Virus record (IMG/VR): IMGVR_UViG_3300002835_000001
Span: 128,001-192,000 of that record
Strand: one strand, 5' to 3'
Source of the DNA: a virus
Lineage: Duplodnaviria > Caudoviricetes
Length of the DNA stretch: 64,000 nt
Shown: positions 17,847 to 28,121 of the stretch, one piece after another
Position numbering within the stretch: the stretch's first letter is position 1
Layout of the letters: every line of letters starts with the position of its first letter
Made by a program: the position numbers and the translations under genes
The notes under the pieces: generated by a model
Told to the model about the DNA's origin: nothing
What the model saw: only the letters and a program-made list of their open reading frames with translations
Databases searched by the model: none

Positions 17847-19445
17847 TTAGAAATCTATTTTTACTTGAATAACTTGTGAACCTAATCTTTCTAGTGGGGT
17901 TACTAATTTACCAAATACCAAAGCTTCTTTATTTGAATTTAATAAAGCAACTTCTGTAATTCTTGGGTTACCCGCCTTAGTTGGGTTTTGTGATGTTACA
18001 AATTTACCTGTTGGTAAATTGGCGTTAAATATCATTTCAGCAATATCAGTTGATCTTACAACACTTACATTGCCTGGAAATGTTCTTTGATTACCAAAAT
18101 ATGGTGTAACACTTGTTGATGTGTAATCTGTACCTGTAACATAATCTGATAATACAAAGGTAGTTGCCGCATTATAAGCCGCTTGGGTAATTGTATATGT
18201 ATAACCTGACGATAAATGACTAGTAAATGATGTTCCATTATCTGTGGTAAAATCCATTAATTTCCAAGATTCAGGATTAGGTTTAGTACCATTATTTACT
18301 ATTTGTGCTAAAATGTGAAATTCATTTGCCGTGTATCCGTTATTTAAATTTGTAAAATCATTACTATTAAATTTAACTGCAATACTATGTGGTATTGTTT
18401 GTCCGGTGACTTTCATAAAGTAATTACATGGTAAACCATTTAAGGTGGAGCCAGTTCCATTTGATAACATATATGTTACATATATTGTTTTACCTGTTGT
18501 CAAATCCATTAACGGACTGTTAGTTACTACCGCATTTACTTTTGGTGCCGTTAATGTATAATTTCTTTTTGAGTTAACATCTAAAGCTGCAACAATTTCT
18601 TCATCGTCGAATACTATTGTTTTGTGATTATAAAATATCTTTCCTACTCTATTTGCAGTTGTTCCTGTACCATCAACTAAGTCTCTGTAATCAATTGTGA
18701 ATCTTGAATGATAGTTAGATACCATCTGTTTAGTTGTTCCGCTCATGTAGAATGTTGCTCCGGCACTTGATGAGTGGTTTCTATGATACATTAATGTTGG
18801 TATTGTTACCTTAAAATAATCTTTATCTGATAATGAATTTGGATTTGGTGAGGTGTTTCCTGTGATTTGTGTACTTATATAATCGTCGTATTTAAAAAAT
18901 CTATATGGATCGGCAGTAATACCACTTTGTGTGTAGTGTAATAGTGCAATACATTTTTGTTCTTCGGGGGTTATTGTTACAATTTCATTCATTGTATTAA
19001 CAATAGTTGTTCCCGTATTTTGTGTTTGACCTAATGAAGAGTTGTAACCTAAGAATTCTTTAGTTCCAGTATGTACATTACTAGTGTAACCAGTTAAGGC
19101 TCTTGAGTTTGTTGGTAAACCAATTGGTTTTTGGTCCCATACAACATTTACCGTCCACCCACTATCTGGGTCCATCACATTTCTACACGGTTGTAAAAAT
19201 GACGATTGTACCGGAACACCATATAATGTTGACCCACTATTTGTATACCACAGTGGATATTTTACATTGACGTCTTTATCAAATGGTGCATATACGCTTT
19301 GAGTCGTTATTCCACTATAATTGTATTCTGAATCACCCACAGCAAAATAACTTATTACAAAATTACCTTTTGAAATAGCATCTCTACCTTTCTGTGTTAA
19401 TCTTGCACCTACTGTTGCTGAAAAATTTGTATTTAAGAAACTCAT
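17847..19445 (-). CDS. Baseplate/tail-collar structural protein
   Basis: N-term RLTQKGR...YFAVGD and C-term ITEVALLN...LVFGKL..P resemble tail-collar/fibre-attachment domains; late-type motif upstream. Confidence 0.65.
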   Translation of the reverse strand: MSFLNTNFSATVGARLTQKGRDAISKGNFVISYFAVGDSEYNYSGITTQSVYAPFDKDVNVKYPLWYTNSGSTLYGVPVQSSFLQPCRNVMDPDSGWTVNVVWDQKPIGLPTNSRALTGYTSNVHTGTKEFLGYNSSLGQTQNTGTTIVNTMNEIVTITPEEQKCIALLHYTQSGITADPYRFFKYDDYISTQITGNTSPNPNSLSDKDYFKVTIPTLMYHRNHSSSAGATFYMSGTTKQMVSNYHSRFTIDYRDLVDGTGTTANRVGKIFYNHKTIVFDDEEIVAALDVNSKRNYTLTAPKVNAVVTNSPLMDLTTGKTIYVTYMLSNGTGSTLNGLPCNYFMKVTGQTIPHSIAVKFNSNDFTNLNNGYTANEFHILAQIVNNGTKPNPESWKLMDFTTDNGTSFTSHLSSGYTYTITQAAYNAATTFVLSDYVTGTDYTSTSVTPYFGNQRTFPGNVSVVRSTDIAEMIFNANLPTGKFVTSQNPTKAGNPRITEVALLNSNKEALVFGKLVTPLERLGSQVIQVKIDF

Positions 19446-19480
19446 ATTTTATAAATATTTTATTATTTTTTTTATGTTAA

Positions 19481-22480
19481 TTATCCAGCCGTATAACAAT
19501 CGGCATTACCTTGACAAGGTCCGTTTGGTCCTGTTCTTGATATTCCTTGAGCGGTACCAATACTTTGATGTGTTGGCCAAGATGATGTGTCAAGTAATGT
19601 TGGTTCTAATTCAGTACACACAGAATATGCATAAACACCTTCGGAAACTTGTACTGATGGTATTCCATTAAATTGAGAGTATGAATCCTCGAATGTTCCA
19701 ACCGCTCTATATCTTACACCATAATTGGTGTCACTAGCATACGCAAGTTCAAGAGTATATGTATAACATTGACCCAGTCCCGTTGTTGGGGTTGGAGTTG
19801 GTGTAGGTGTACTAGTTGTTGTTGGTGTTGGGGTAGCGGTAGGTGGTACCAGTGTCGATGTTGGCGTTGGGGTAGCGGTAGGTGGTACCACAGTTGCTGT
19901 TGGTGTTGGTGTTGCAGTAGGTGGTACCAGCGTTGCTGTTGGTGTTGGTGTTGCAGTAGGTGGTACCAGCGTTGCTGTTGGTGTTGGTGTACTAGTTGGA
20001 CTAGTTGTAGGTGTTGGCGTTGGGGTTGGTGTTGGTGTACTAGTTGATGTTGGTGTTGGTGTGGGCTCAATCACAAGACAATTATATAAATCACTACTAT
20101 AAGACCCTAATGTAAATACACCATATCTTGGATTCAAATGAGCGTATTTACATCGGTTAAAAATATTGTTACCAACTAAATTACCTCCCAACCATAAAGT
20201 TGTTGCAGGTATAAATTGTTCAATAACCTGTACCCAATATGGACTCATCTTATTGATAAATTCATTAACTGAAGCAAAATTGTATGGTATAAAATTTGTA
20301 TTTGTTATATAATCATTGAAAACTTTTTCTAATGGAAAATATGATTTGTTGTATTTTGAAGTATGAGATTCGGTAATTAATTGATTTAACACGTCATCCA
20401 AATATTCTGCAAATGTTAATTCTATTTGTGGTTGTAGTTGTCCACCAAAAGTCAATGATAAATTTCTTGATTGTCTATAAACATCAAAATTAATACCTTG
20501 TGATGGGGATAGATGAACATTTATATTTTTTCTATTTAATGTTAATTTTGATTCATTCTCATTTAAAACTACACTTCCTTTTAAATTGTCTATTCTTGTT
20601 TCTAAATTGAAACCATAATCCAAACCATCTAACGTTCTAAAACTATCAAAATAATCTTCACCATATGTATAATCTTTTGGTTTGGTTTTAATTATTTTTG
20701 TGTTACCAGTTAAAACTGACAATTCAGTATTAATAATGTTTGAAGACCTGTGGTCCAATGTTAAATCATACCAACCCGCTCCTTTTTGGAAATATATGTC
20801 AGAGTTTAAGTTTATTACTTTTCTTGGTAGTCCATTTGAATCTATTGGATATTCTTCTCGACTTAATCTTGTTGTGCCGGTTGTTATTCCTGTTGCAAAA
20901 GTGTAACCAGTTTTTGTGCCTCCTCCCGCAATATTATATGTAATTCCACTTGTTGTGAAACCTGTGATAATATTATTTATTTTAGTTCCTCTAATTACCT
21001 CATCAATATCATCTTCAAAATCTTGTTGTGGTAATCCTGTTACATCATAAACATATTCATCAATTTTTATTAATGGTTCAGGTGCTCCTAAAAATTTTAA
21101 AAAGAATTGTATTGCCGAACGTGTTCCTTTTGATTTATATAATTGAGCTAAGTTTGTTAATATTCTTCTATAAAATTCATATTCAGCTTCAACCAAAGTT
21201 TTACCCAAAGATAATCCAAGGTATTCCGCTTGTTGTCTTGAATATAACGTATCTTGTAATGATTTTTCATCAAACAGATTAACAGTTGATAAACCTAATG
21301 TTTGTGATAAATTCTTTAACAATAAATCAGGTACGTTGTTTATACTATCATAACTTACATTTCTCATGTAAGCAATGTTATCTATATATTTTTTTACCTT
21401 ATCAAAATTTTGACCATATAATTGAAATATTGATTCGGCTTTTTTATCTTCACTATCAAATTCAAATAATTGTGGTGCAGTTAAAAACCTCACAATTAAA
21501 TTTGATTTGTAACCATCTATTTCTTCACCTAAGCTACTTAATTTTTCAATGTAATCATTAAAGTTTACACCAACTATTTGAATGTTCCAATTATCTTTTG
21601 AGACAGGCCAACTGATGTCCACGTTTACAATATTTGTGGATGTTTGGTCAAAACTATCTCTAGGTACTTTAAATGTTGCGGTATACTTTGGTGTTGTTTC
21701 TCTATTAACTAACGTATCTTCTAACTCATCTAAGTTAGTGTAGAACTCTTCAGTAATTGCATCGTTTGGTCTAATTAGAAAACTTTTTGTGATTCCTGTT
21801 GTACCATTAAAAATATTCCCTTCAACTCTAAGTTTTACATTACCATCTGAATTAGTTTCCGTGTAACCAACAATATTGTATGTGTTACCACTAAAATCAA
21901 TTACATACTTTACATAAGATGAATAAAAACTTCTAATAATATTATCCGTTGAGGGTGTAGTATTACTTTTTGGTTTCGTTATTAATATATCAAATGGATT
22001 AAAAAATATAGAAGATGGTGTGTAAAATTGTGTAGTATTGGTAATTGGATTATATGTCGATTGATATGCGGTATAATCGGTAAGATTATATAATGAATTT
22101 TCATCAACTAGTATTGCTGCGGGAAATTTATTTATAATTTTGGAAACTGATACCGACAATCTTTGTTTTAAAGAACCAAATAATGATTTACTTGAGTCAT
22201 CTAAATTTGCTTTAAATTTTATTTTCTCTTTCTTTGCATTGCCACTTTGTGTTGTTGGTGCGTCTTTTTCCTCTTTTAATGTATCTAAAGTAATATATTC
22301 AGAAAATGGTATGGTTTTAAAATCTCTACTATCTTTTTCGGGAATGACTTTATCAATGGCAAAGTTCGTATTAGTCAATTGACTGCTACCATCGGTAGTT
22401 TGTCTACCAACTAAATTGTCACTAAACGTTTCCGCACCTGACGCAGCTTGACTCGGAACTTTGTATCTTGTTACTGCCAT
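19481..22480 (-). CDS. Baseplate wedge-like protein (gp7/gpI-like motif) with Pro-Thr linker and Cys-containing C-terminal domain
   Basis: LYKSKGTRSAIQFFLKFLG motif; PT tract near C-terminus. Confidence 0.65.
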   Translation of the reverse strand: MAVTRYKVPSQAASGAETFSDNLVGRQTTDGSSQLTNTNFAIDKVIPEKDSRDFKTIPFSEYITLDTLKEEKDAPTTQSGNAKKEKIKFKANLDDSSKSLFGSLKQRLSVSVSKIINKFPAAILVDENSLYNLTDYTAYQSTYNPITNTTQFYTPSSIFFNPFDILITKPKSNTTPSTDNIIRSFYSSYVKYVIDFSGNTYNIVGYTETNSDGNVKLRVEGNIFNGTTGITKSFLIRPNDAITEEFYTNLDELEDTLVNRETTPKYTATFKVPRDSFDQTSTNIVNVDISWPVSKDNWNIQIVGVNFNDYIEKLSSLGEEIDGYKSNLIVRFLTAPQLFEFDSEDKKAESIFQLYGQNFDKVKKYIDNIAYMRNVSYDSINNVPDLLLKNLSQTLGLSTVNLFDEKSLQDTLYSRQQAEYLGLSLGKTLVEAEYEFYRRILTNLAQLYKSKGTRSAIQFFLKFLGAPEPLIKIDEYVYDVTGLPQQDFEDDIDEVIRGTKINNIITGFTTSGITYNIAGGGTKTGYTFATGITTGTTRLSREEYPIDSNGLPRKVINLNSDIYFQKGAGWYDLTLDHRSSNIINTELSVLTGNTKIIKTKPKDYTYGEDYFDSFRTLDGLDYGFNLETRIDNLKGSVVLNENESKLTLNRKNINVHLSPSQGINFDVYRQSRNLSLTFGGQLQPQIELTFAEYLDDVLNQLITESHTSKYNKSYFPLEKVFNDYITNTNFIPYNFASVNEFINKMSPYWVQVIEQFIPATTLWLGGNLVGNNIFNRCKYAHLNPRYGVFTLGSYSSDLYNCLVIEPTPTPTSTSTPTPTPTPTPTTSPTSTPTPTATLVPPTATPTPTATLVPPTATPTPTATVVPPTATPTPTSTLVPPTATPTPTTTSTPTPTPTPTTGLGQCYTYTLELAYASDTNYGVRYRAVGTFEDSYSQFNGIPSVQVSEGVYAYSVCTELEPTLLDTSSWPTHQSIGTAQGISRTGPNGPCQGNADCYTAG
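19785..20070 (-). repeat. Pro-Thr low-complexity tract with 39-nt period [13 protein letters not shown] units
   Basis: Four (L/V)[10 protein letters not shown] units visible in DNA and protein. Confidence 0.9.
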
Positions 22481-23400
22481 TATTCTGTAATATTACCTAA
22501 ATTTAAAGTTTCGTCAATACTTTCTCTTTCCTCACGAACCTCATATAGTGTTTCATTAAATTCGTCCTTAACTTCGTATAGGTTGTATTGTTTATAGATA
22601 TTTTTATTGTTATCGTAGATTGTGTAGATACCTGGAGTAATCGCCTTAGTTTGGTCACCATAAAGTGCGTGTGCCAATGTAGACGCATCATGTTCTACCA
22701 TTTCAACCTCAACGGTTGTTGGATTAAAGAATGTATTTGTTAATATAATCTTTTGTCCTGGGTCACCAATAAACGGAATAACGTTTGGTCTACTTGATGG
22801 TGCGGATGATGGTGTCACTGTTACAAATATAAATGATGTTGCTTGGTCTGTGTATTGGTATCTAACCGCCTTATCAGATGAGTTACTTAAATTCGATGTT
22901 ACAGGTGAACAATAAAACGAAGATGTTACCATTCTATAAAAGTTAGGTATTTTTGTTTTATTATCAGATGCGTTTACGTATTCAACTCTATATCCTACCA
23001 ATCCTTGTGGTGTAAATTTACCTCTATCTGCGGTAGGAACGTTTGAAGTATTAATAACCAATCCTCTTACTGATGGTAATGATGCTAACACACCACAATC
23101 CGCAATAGTTGTTCTAATTTGTTTTGGTCTAATGTGTAGTGTATAAATTCCCAATTTCGAGAAATCACTTGCCTCAAGTTTTAAATTATACAAGCCACCT
23201 AATATTTCATTATTGGGTGCACTTGAATCATTTGTAGTATTTGCATTATGAAAAACCGGTGTTAAAACCTTTTCAGATACTAATTTTTTTAATTCAACCG
23301 GTGCGGTTGCCGCCCTACCCGATGTGAAATGATAGAAAATATCCACATCTGCGGGAGAAACGTCCGCCGGTCTAACTATACCATAACTTCCAACTGCCAT
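22480..23400 (-). CDS. Virion structural protein (306 aa)
   Basis: ORF track; inside structural block; late-type motif at 23413-23419; TAATG coupling. Confidence 0.65.
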   Translation of the reverse strand: MAVGSYGIVRPADVSPADVDIFYHFTSGRAATAPVELKKLVSEKVLTPVFHNANTTNDSSAPNNEILGGLYNLKLEASDFSKLGIYTLHIRPKQIRTTIADCGVLASLPSVRGLVINTSNVPTADRGKFTPQGLVGYRVEYVNASDNKTKIPNFYRMVTSSFYCSPVTSNLSNSSDKAVRYQYTDQATSFIFVTVTPSSAPSSRPNVIPFIGDPGQKIILTNTFFNPTTVEVEMVEHDASTLAHALYGDQTKAITPGIYTIYDNNKNIYKQYNLYEVKDEFNETLYEVREERESIDETLNLGNITE

Positions 23401-23425
23401 ATTATTTTATTAATAAATATAAATC

Positions 23426-24058
23426 TTATTGTTTTTTAACGTTAAAAAATCCATTTCCATAGACACTTAATTCACCCATGTTATCAATTTCACCTAATCT
23501 AAAGTTCATTTCCATTACTCCCTGTTTACCTCTCTCCACAAAAACGTCAGAATAAACCCTTGGTTGTTCAATAAATCCAAGAAAATGTTCGTTTCTTGTC
23601 AACATATTATTAATTATAAACTCCGTAGCAAATTCTGTTGTGTTACCAGTTACGTAATTTGGATTTTGAAATGCGATCGATCCGGAAGAAAAATAATTGG
23701 GTATGCTGCCGGTAATCATGGTATAATTAGTTGGAAAATCCATATAGTATAGACTATTAAGGGTATATCCAGTGAAATACGATCCACTATATAAAGATCC
23801 AGTATCTAAATTTTGTGTATATCCTGTTAATCCATATTTTTTTAATTCAGTCAATCTACTGGTCCCAATAGCCATAAATGTAAATTTTTTATGTGTACCC
23901 ATCTTTTGAGGGAGTACCCCTCCTTTTAAATCTTCAATAGACCCACTAATAAAGTCTAAATTTTCACCATACGACTGTCCTCCACCTGGTAGGGTGTCAG
24001 ACGAAATATTCGTATAAGGTAAAGTGAATCCAGTTAAAGTTCCAAAGTAGGTTGCCAT
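23426..24058 (-). CDS. Virion structural protein (210 aa), TGxT-rich
   Basis: ORF track; GATATTTAC motif upstream. Confidence 0.6.
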   Translation of the reverse strand: MATYFGTLTGFTLPYTNISSDTLPGGGQSYGENLDFISGSIEDLKGGVLPQKMGTHKKFTFMAIGTSRLTELKKYGLTGYTQNLDTGSLYSGSYFTGYTLNSLYYMDFPTNYTMITGSIPNYFSSGSIAFQNPNYVTGNTTEFATEFIINNMLTRNEHFLGFIEQPRVYSDVFVERGKQGVMEMNFRLGEIDNMGELSVYGNGFFNVKKQ

Positions 24059-24142
24059 ACACTAGTAAATATCTTTAGATATTTTTTACTAAAATATAAC
24101 TAATAAAATACCATAAATAAAGGTTAAACAACCCAACTAAAA

Positions 24143-27100
24143 TTAAGCAATTTCTTCCAAATCACTACAATCCATTAAACCTAACGATGCACACGGTGAA
24201 GTGTAATCACTACAAAATCCACCAGGTTCAGCTTTACATGAATAAGTAGTGCCACCACCACCTCCGCCACCAGTTGGTGGTACATAAGGGTCGTTACCTC
24301 CACACCATTGGCTATTATCACATTTTCCACCTATTCCAACTACCATTCCAACATCTTCAACAAATTGGTATCCAGAAACACCATATCTATATGATGGTGA
24401 TATGGTACTACAAATGTTAATTATTATACCTCCACCTGGACCAACAGCTTGTTCGAAATCACCATAAGGTCGAGTAACGTATGTATTATCAGTTTTTCTA
24501 TATTCAATATATAAGTCTTGACCATTATTCGTTAACATACTTGTTGGGATGTAAATACTATAACAATTTCCTATACAAGCAGTAGTACTAACCACACCAC
24601 TAGTTGTAACACAACCATTAGCATCGGTAACTTCAAGACAGTACCCATATTCATCAATAGATGTGACAGATTGTGATGGTGAACCAGAAGTAACATTTGT
24701 ATATGTTGCAACTAATGTACCTCCACAAGTATTATAAGGTGCTGACGTGTCAGCATATAATCTATATGTTTTAGGGAATGCTCCACCAGTTGATGACAAT
24801 GTAATTGCACCGTCCGCACCACCATTACAAGATGCATATGTATCAACTGTAATAGTTGCGGTTTGTTCTGCAGGTTGAGTAATTACTATTGTTGTAATAA
24901 CATTTACACAACCAGCTCCGTCTTTAACGTATATTGAATATGTCCCGATACTTAAATTACTGAACAAACCGCTTGATTGGTAATTTTCTCCGTCTCTTGA
25001 ATAGGTATATCCAGAACCACTTCCGCCTGATGGACTTGATACGGTAATTGAACCGTTAGATCCACCATAACAACTTACATTAGCGGCTAATGTATTTGCG
25101 GTAGGTGCTGATTTAGTAATATTAACGTTTATTGTTGAAGATTCACAACCATTTGTGTCTCTCGCTTGTAGATTGTAGGATGTTGAACCTAAACTACTAA
25201 ATGTTCCGCTTGATTGCCAAGAACCACTGTTTATTCTAAATTGGTAATCTCCATTACCACCTCCAGCTGTTACGGTAATACTACCATTACCACCATTCCA
25301 ACAAGTTGGAGCCGACGATGAAGATAATGAAATAGTAACCACAGCTGGTTGAGTTATTACAATGGAATACGTTCTTTCGCAATTGGCACTATCTTTTACA
25401 TATAATGTATATGTTCCTGCAGATAATGATGAGTAAGATCTAGATGTTGTTAAAACTTGGTATGTACCACCCGCATTTATTTTTGTAGAATATGGACCAC
25501 CTTGACCACCTGAAGGTGAACTAACAACTATATCACCATTACTATCACCATTACATGTAACATTTGTTTGTGTGTATGTTGCGGTTACTTGTGTTCTATC
25601 TAGACCAGTTGTGTTTGTTCTAACGCAACCATCACTGTCTTTAACATATATGGTGTAAGTACCACTGCCTAGATTACTAAATGTTGTTCCGGCTTGATAA
25701 TTTGTACCATCTTTTGAATATGTGTAAGAACCGCTACCACCACTGGCACTAACAACTATACTACCATTAGTATCCCCAAAACAAGTTGGATTAGTTGTAG
25801 ATAATGTTGAACTAACAATTGTAGGTTGTGTTACTGAAACAGATGTACTTCCAACTTCACCGTAAGAATCTTTAGCATAAATTGTGTATGAACCAGCTGT
25901 TAAGCTACCAAACACATTTGATACTTGATAATTTGTACCATCTTTAGAATATGTGTAATTTGCTGTACCTCCGACAACACCAGAAACTGTTATAGCACCA
26001 TTTGTTCCGCCGTTACATGTAACATTTGTAGTTGCAGATGCCGTTACTGATATTGTAACATCGGTAATACTAATTGTTATAGTTTTATCAAATGTTAAAC
26101 CTGTACTATCGGTTACTCGTACTCTAATTGAGTATGATGATTTGGCTTCAAAGTTAAACACAACCGCACTTTTTAATACTCCCGATGCAATTGAGAAACT
26201 ACTGTTATCGGGATAAGTTGCAGTATCATGTAATGCAAATGTCATTGCACCACCTTCTTGGTCTGTAGCGGAGAATGTGCCTATTGTTGTTCCTGTTGGT
26301 ACATTCTCTGATATTGAGGCTGAACTTAATGAGATGTCTGTTGGCGCCTCATTTACGTTTGTTATTGTAATTGTAAACGTTCCTTCATAATATAATCCAC
26401 CAGCATCTGTTGTTCTTACTCTAATTGAATATGAATTTTTAACTTCACGATTAAACACAGATCCATTTCTTAAATTTGCACCACTAATATTAAATGATGC
26501 ATTATCTGTATCACCCGTACCCGCAACTAAACTATATGTAAAAGTATCTCCACTATCAACATCGGATGTTGAGAATGTTCCTATTGTTGTATTTGCTGTT
26601 GTATTTTCATCTTGTGATGCATTACTTAATGATAACGCGTATGGTGTTTCATTTACGTTATTAACATTAATTGTGAAAATTTTCGTAAATGTTTGACCTG
26701 CACCGTCGCTAGTTCTAACTCTAATTGAATATGAAGTTTTCACTTCATAATTAGGTATTGTTGCATTTTTTAATATTCCTCCACTTGTTAAAGTAAAGCT
26801 AGCGTTGTCAGTATCACCAGACCCCGTAACTAAACTAAATGTATGTGTATCACTTTCATCAAGTGTAACAGCACTAAATGTTCCTATTGTTGTACCCGTT
26901 GCGGTATTTTCATTTATTGAATCATTACTTAATAAGATATCTGTTGGTGCAAAATTAGTTGTTGGACTCGGTGTTGGTGTAGGAGTAGGAGTTGCCGTTA
27001 CGATATTTAAATCGATTTCAAAAGTACAATCACCCGTTACAGTTGGTGTAGGAGTAGGAGTTGCCGTTACGATATTTAAATCGATTTCAAATCTACAATC

Positions 27101-27892
27101 ATTTGTTGGTGTAGGAGTTGGTGTTGGTGTACTACTTGGTGTTGGAGTAGGAGTAGGGCTCGGGCTTGGTGTAGGGGTTGGAGTAGGAGTAGGGCTCGGG
27201 CTTGGTGTTGGGGTTGGTGTACTACTCGCTGTTGGTGTAGGTGTTGCAGTTACAATATTAGTATCTATCTCAAAATTACAATCACCGGTAGGTGTTGGAG
27301 TAGGAGTAGGTGTTGCAGTTACTACACTCAAATCAACACCAAAGTTACAATCTGGTGTAGGTGTTGGTGTTGGAGTTGGCGTTGCAGTTACAATTCCTAA
27401 GTCCACTTCAAAGTTACAATCTGGTGTAGGTGTTGGTGTTGGAGTAGGAGTCGCGGTTACAATTCCTAAATCAACATCGAAATTACAATCAGCTGTAGGT
27501 GTTGGTGTTGGAGTTGGAGTTGCGGTAATAAAAATTAATTCAATATCGAAATCACAATCCGGTGTAGGGGTTGGTGTTGCTGTTGCTGTTGGTGTAGGTG
27601 TTGCGGTTGGTACAGGAACTGGTAAGGAGTTAACTCTTATATCGTTTTCAATACCAACAGAACAAAAATTACCAGCAGCGTCGTATAGATAAATTCTTTC
27701 GGTGGTGTTTGGTACCTCAACTAAAACTCCGGTTCCCGTTGTTAATTGAGTGTATGTTAATCCAGTGGCAACTAATGTGCTACCTATTGGGTCAAACAAT
27801 AATGCAAGATTTCCCGCAGGTGGTAACGTAGAGTATATGCTATATATACTATTCGAAAATCCCACATCAATCCTTACATAAAAATATCTCAT
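24143..27892 (-). CDS. Adhesin-like fibre protein: N-terminal domain, PT/C-x-F repeats, 3 cadherin-like domains, 6 SprB-like repeats, Cys-rich tip
   Basis: Cadherin-type PTDIxLS..[13 protein letters not shown]..D.D..YSIRVR.TD..VNE x3; SprB-type TCxGGxNGSIxVxxxGG..[15 protein letters not shown] x6. Confidence 0.85.
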   Translation of the reverse strand: MRYFYVRIDVGFSNSIYSIYSTLPPAGNLALLFDPIGSTLVATGLTYTQLTTGTGVLVEVPNTTERIYLYDAAGNFCSVGIENDIRVNSLPVPVPTATPTPTATATPTPTPDCDFDIELIFITATPTPTPTPTADCNFDVDLGIVTATPTPTPTPTPDCNFEVDLGIVTATPTPTPTPTPDCNFGVDLSVVTATPTPTPTPTGDCNFEIDTNIVTATPTPTASSTPTPTPSPSPTPTPTPTPSPSPTPTPTPSSTPTPTPTPTNDCRFEIDLNIVTATPTPTPTVTGDCTFEIDLNIVTATPTPTPTPSPTTNFAPTDILLSNDSINENTATGTTIGTFSAVTLDESDTHTFSLVTGSGDTDNASFTLTSGGILKNATIPNYEVKTSYSIRVRTSDGAGQTFTKIFTINVNNVNETPYALSLSNASQDENTTANTTIGTFSTSDVDSGDTFTYSLVAGTGDTDNASFNISGANLRNGSVFNREVKNSYSIRVRTTDAGGLYYEGTFTITITNVNEAPTDISLSSASISENVPTGTTIGTFSATDQEGGAMTFALHDTATYPDNSSFSIASGVLKSAVVFNFEAKSSYSIRVRVTDSTGLTFDKTITISITDVTISVTASATTNVTCNGGTNGAITVSGVVGGTANYTYSKDGTNYQVSNVFGSLTAGSYTIYAKDSYGEVGSTSVSVTQPTIVSSTLSTTNPTCFGDTNGSIVVSASGGSGSYTYSKDGTNYQAGTTFSNLGSGTYTIYVKDSDGCVRTNTTGLDRTQVTATYTQTNVTCNGDSNGDIVVSSPSGGQGGPYSTKINAGGTYQVLTTSRSYSSLSAGTYTLYVKDSANCERTYSIVITQPAVVTISLSSSSAPTCWNGGNGSITVTAGGGNGDYQFRINSGSWQSSGTFSSLGSTSYNLQARDTNGCESSTINVNITKSAPTANTLAANVSCYGGSNGSITVSSPSGGSGSGYTYSRDGENYQSSGLFSNLSIGTYSIYVKDGAGCVNVITTIVITQPAEQTATITVDTYASCNGGADGAITLSSTGGAFPKTYRLYADTSAPYNTCGGTLVATYTNVTSGSPSQSVTSIDEYGYCLEVTDANGCVTTSGVVSTTACIGNCYSIYIPTSMLTNNGQDLYIEYRKTDNTYVTRPYGDFEQAVGPGGGIIINICSTISPSYRYGVSGYQFVEDVGMVVGIGGKCDNSQWCGGNDPYVPPTGGGGGGGTTYSCKAEPGGFCSDYTSPCASLGLMDCSDLEEIA
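24590..26055 (-). repeat. Six SprB-like Ig repeats
   Basis: Units beginning TCNGG, TCFGD, TCNGD, TCWNGG, SCYGG, SCNGG. Confidence 0.85.
26058..26955 (-). repeat. Three cadherin-like domains
   Basis: ~100-aa units with ENxxxGTTIGT, DNxSF, YSIRVR and NVNE linkers. Confidence 0.85.
26960..27615 (-). repeat. Pro-Thr tract with seven DCxFxVDLxIV units
   Basis: [77 protein letters not shown], each followed by TATPTPTPT. Confidence 0.92.
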
Positions 27893-27904
27893 TTACTATA
27901 CCTA

Positions 27905-28120
27905 TTAGGAATTTTGTTTTATCCAATCATAACACTCGTTTATTGTGTGAAAAACATCACTATTATAACTGTTTTCATCATCAAATATGCAAACCATATA
28001 ATCCTCGGATTCCGCGGCTTTAAATATGTTATATTCTTTATTTTCGATATTTTCAATTTCAATACTATTAGCCACATCGATTGTGTTATATAGTATATTT
28101 GTCATTTCTTTTTGGTTCAT
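27905..28120 (-). CDS. Small acidic hypothetical protein (71 aa); start revised to ATG at 28120
   Basis: ATG follows the stop of the upstream gene; fills the gap exactly. Confidence 0.6.
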   Translation of the reverse strand: MNQKEMTNILYNTIDVANSIEIENIENKEYNIFKAAESEDYMVCIFDDENSYNSDVFHTINECYDWIKQNS

Positions 28121-28121
28121 A

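Noticed and set aside
19714-20070. His/Gln-rich and Trp/Cys-rich ORFs over the PT tract
   Set aside because: Alternative-frame and antisense readings of the PT repeat
24062-24090. Imperfect inverted repeat TAGTAAATATCT/AGATATTTTTTACTA over a late motif
   Set aside because: AT-only, bulged and weak; likely chance in this composition
26805-27692. 295-aa + strand ORF rich in VGVGV
   Set aside because: Antisense shadow of the Pro-Thr repeat in 24143-27892; ACN/CCN codons give stop-free GGT/GTT on the other strand
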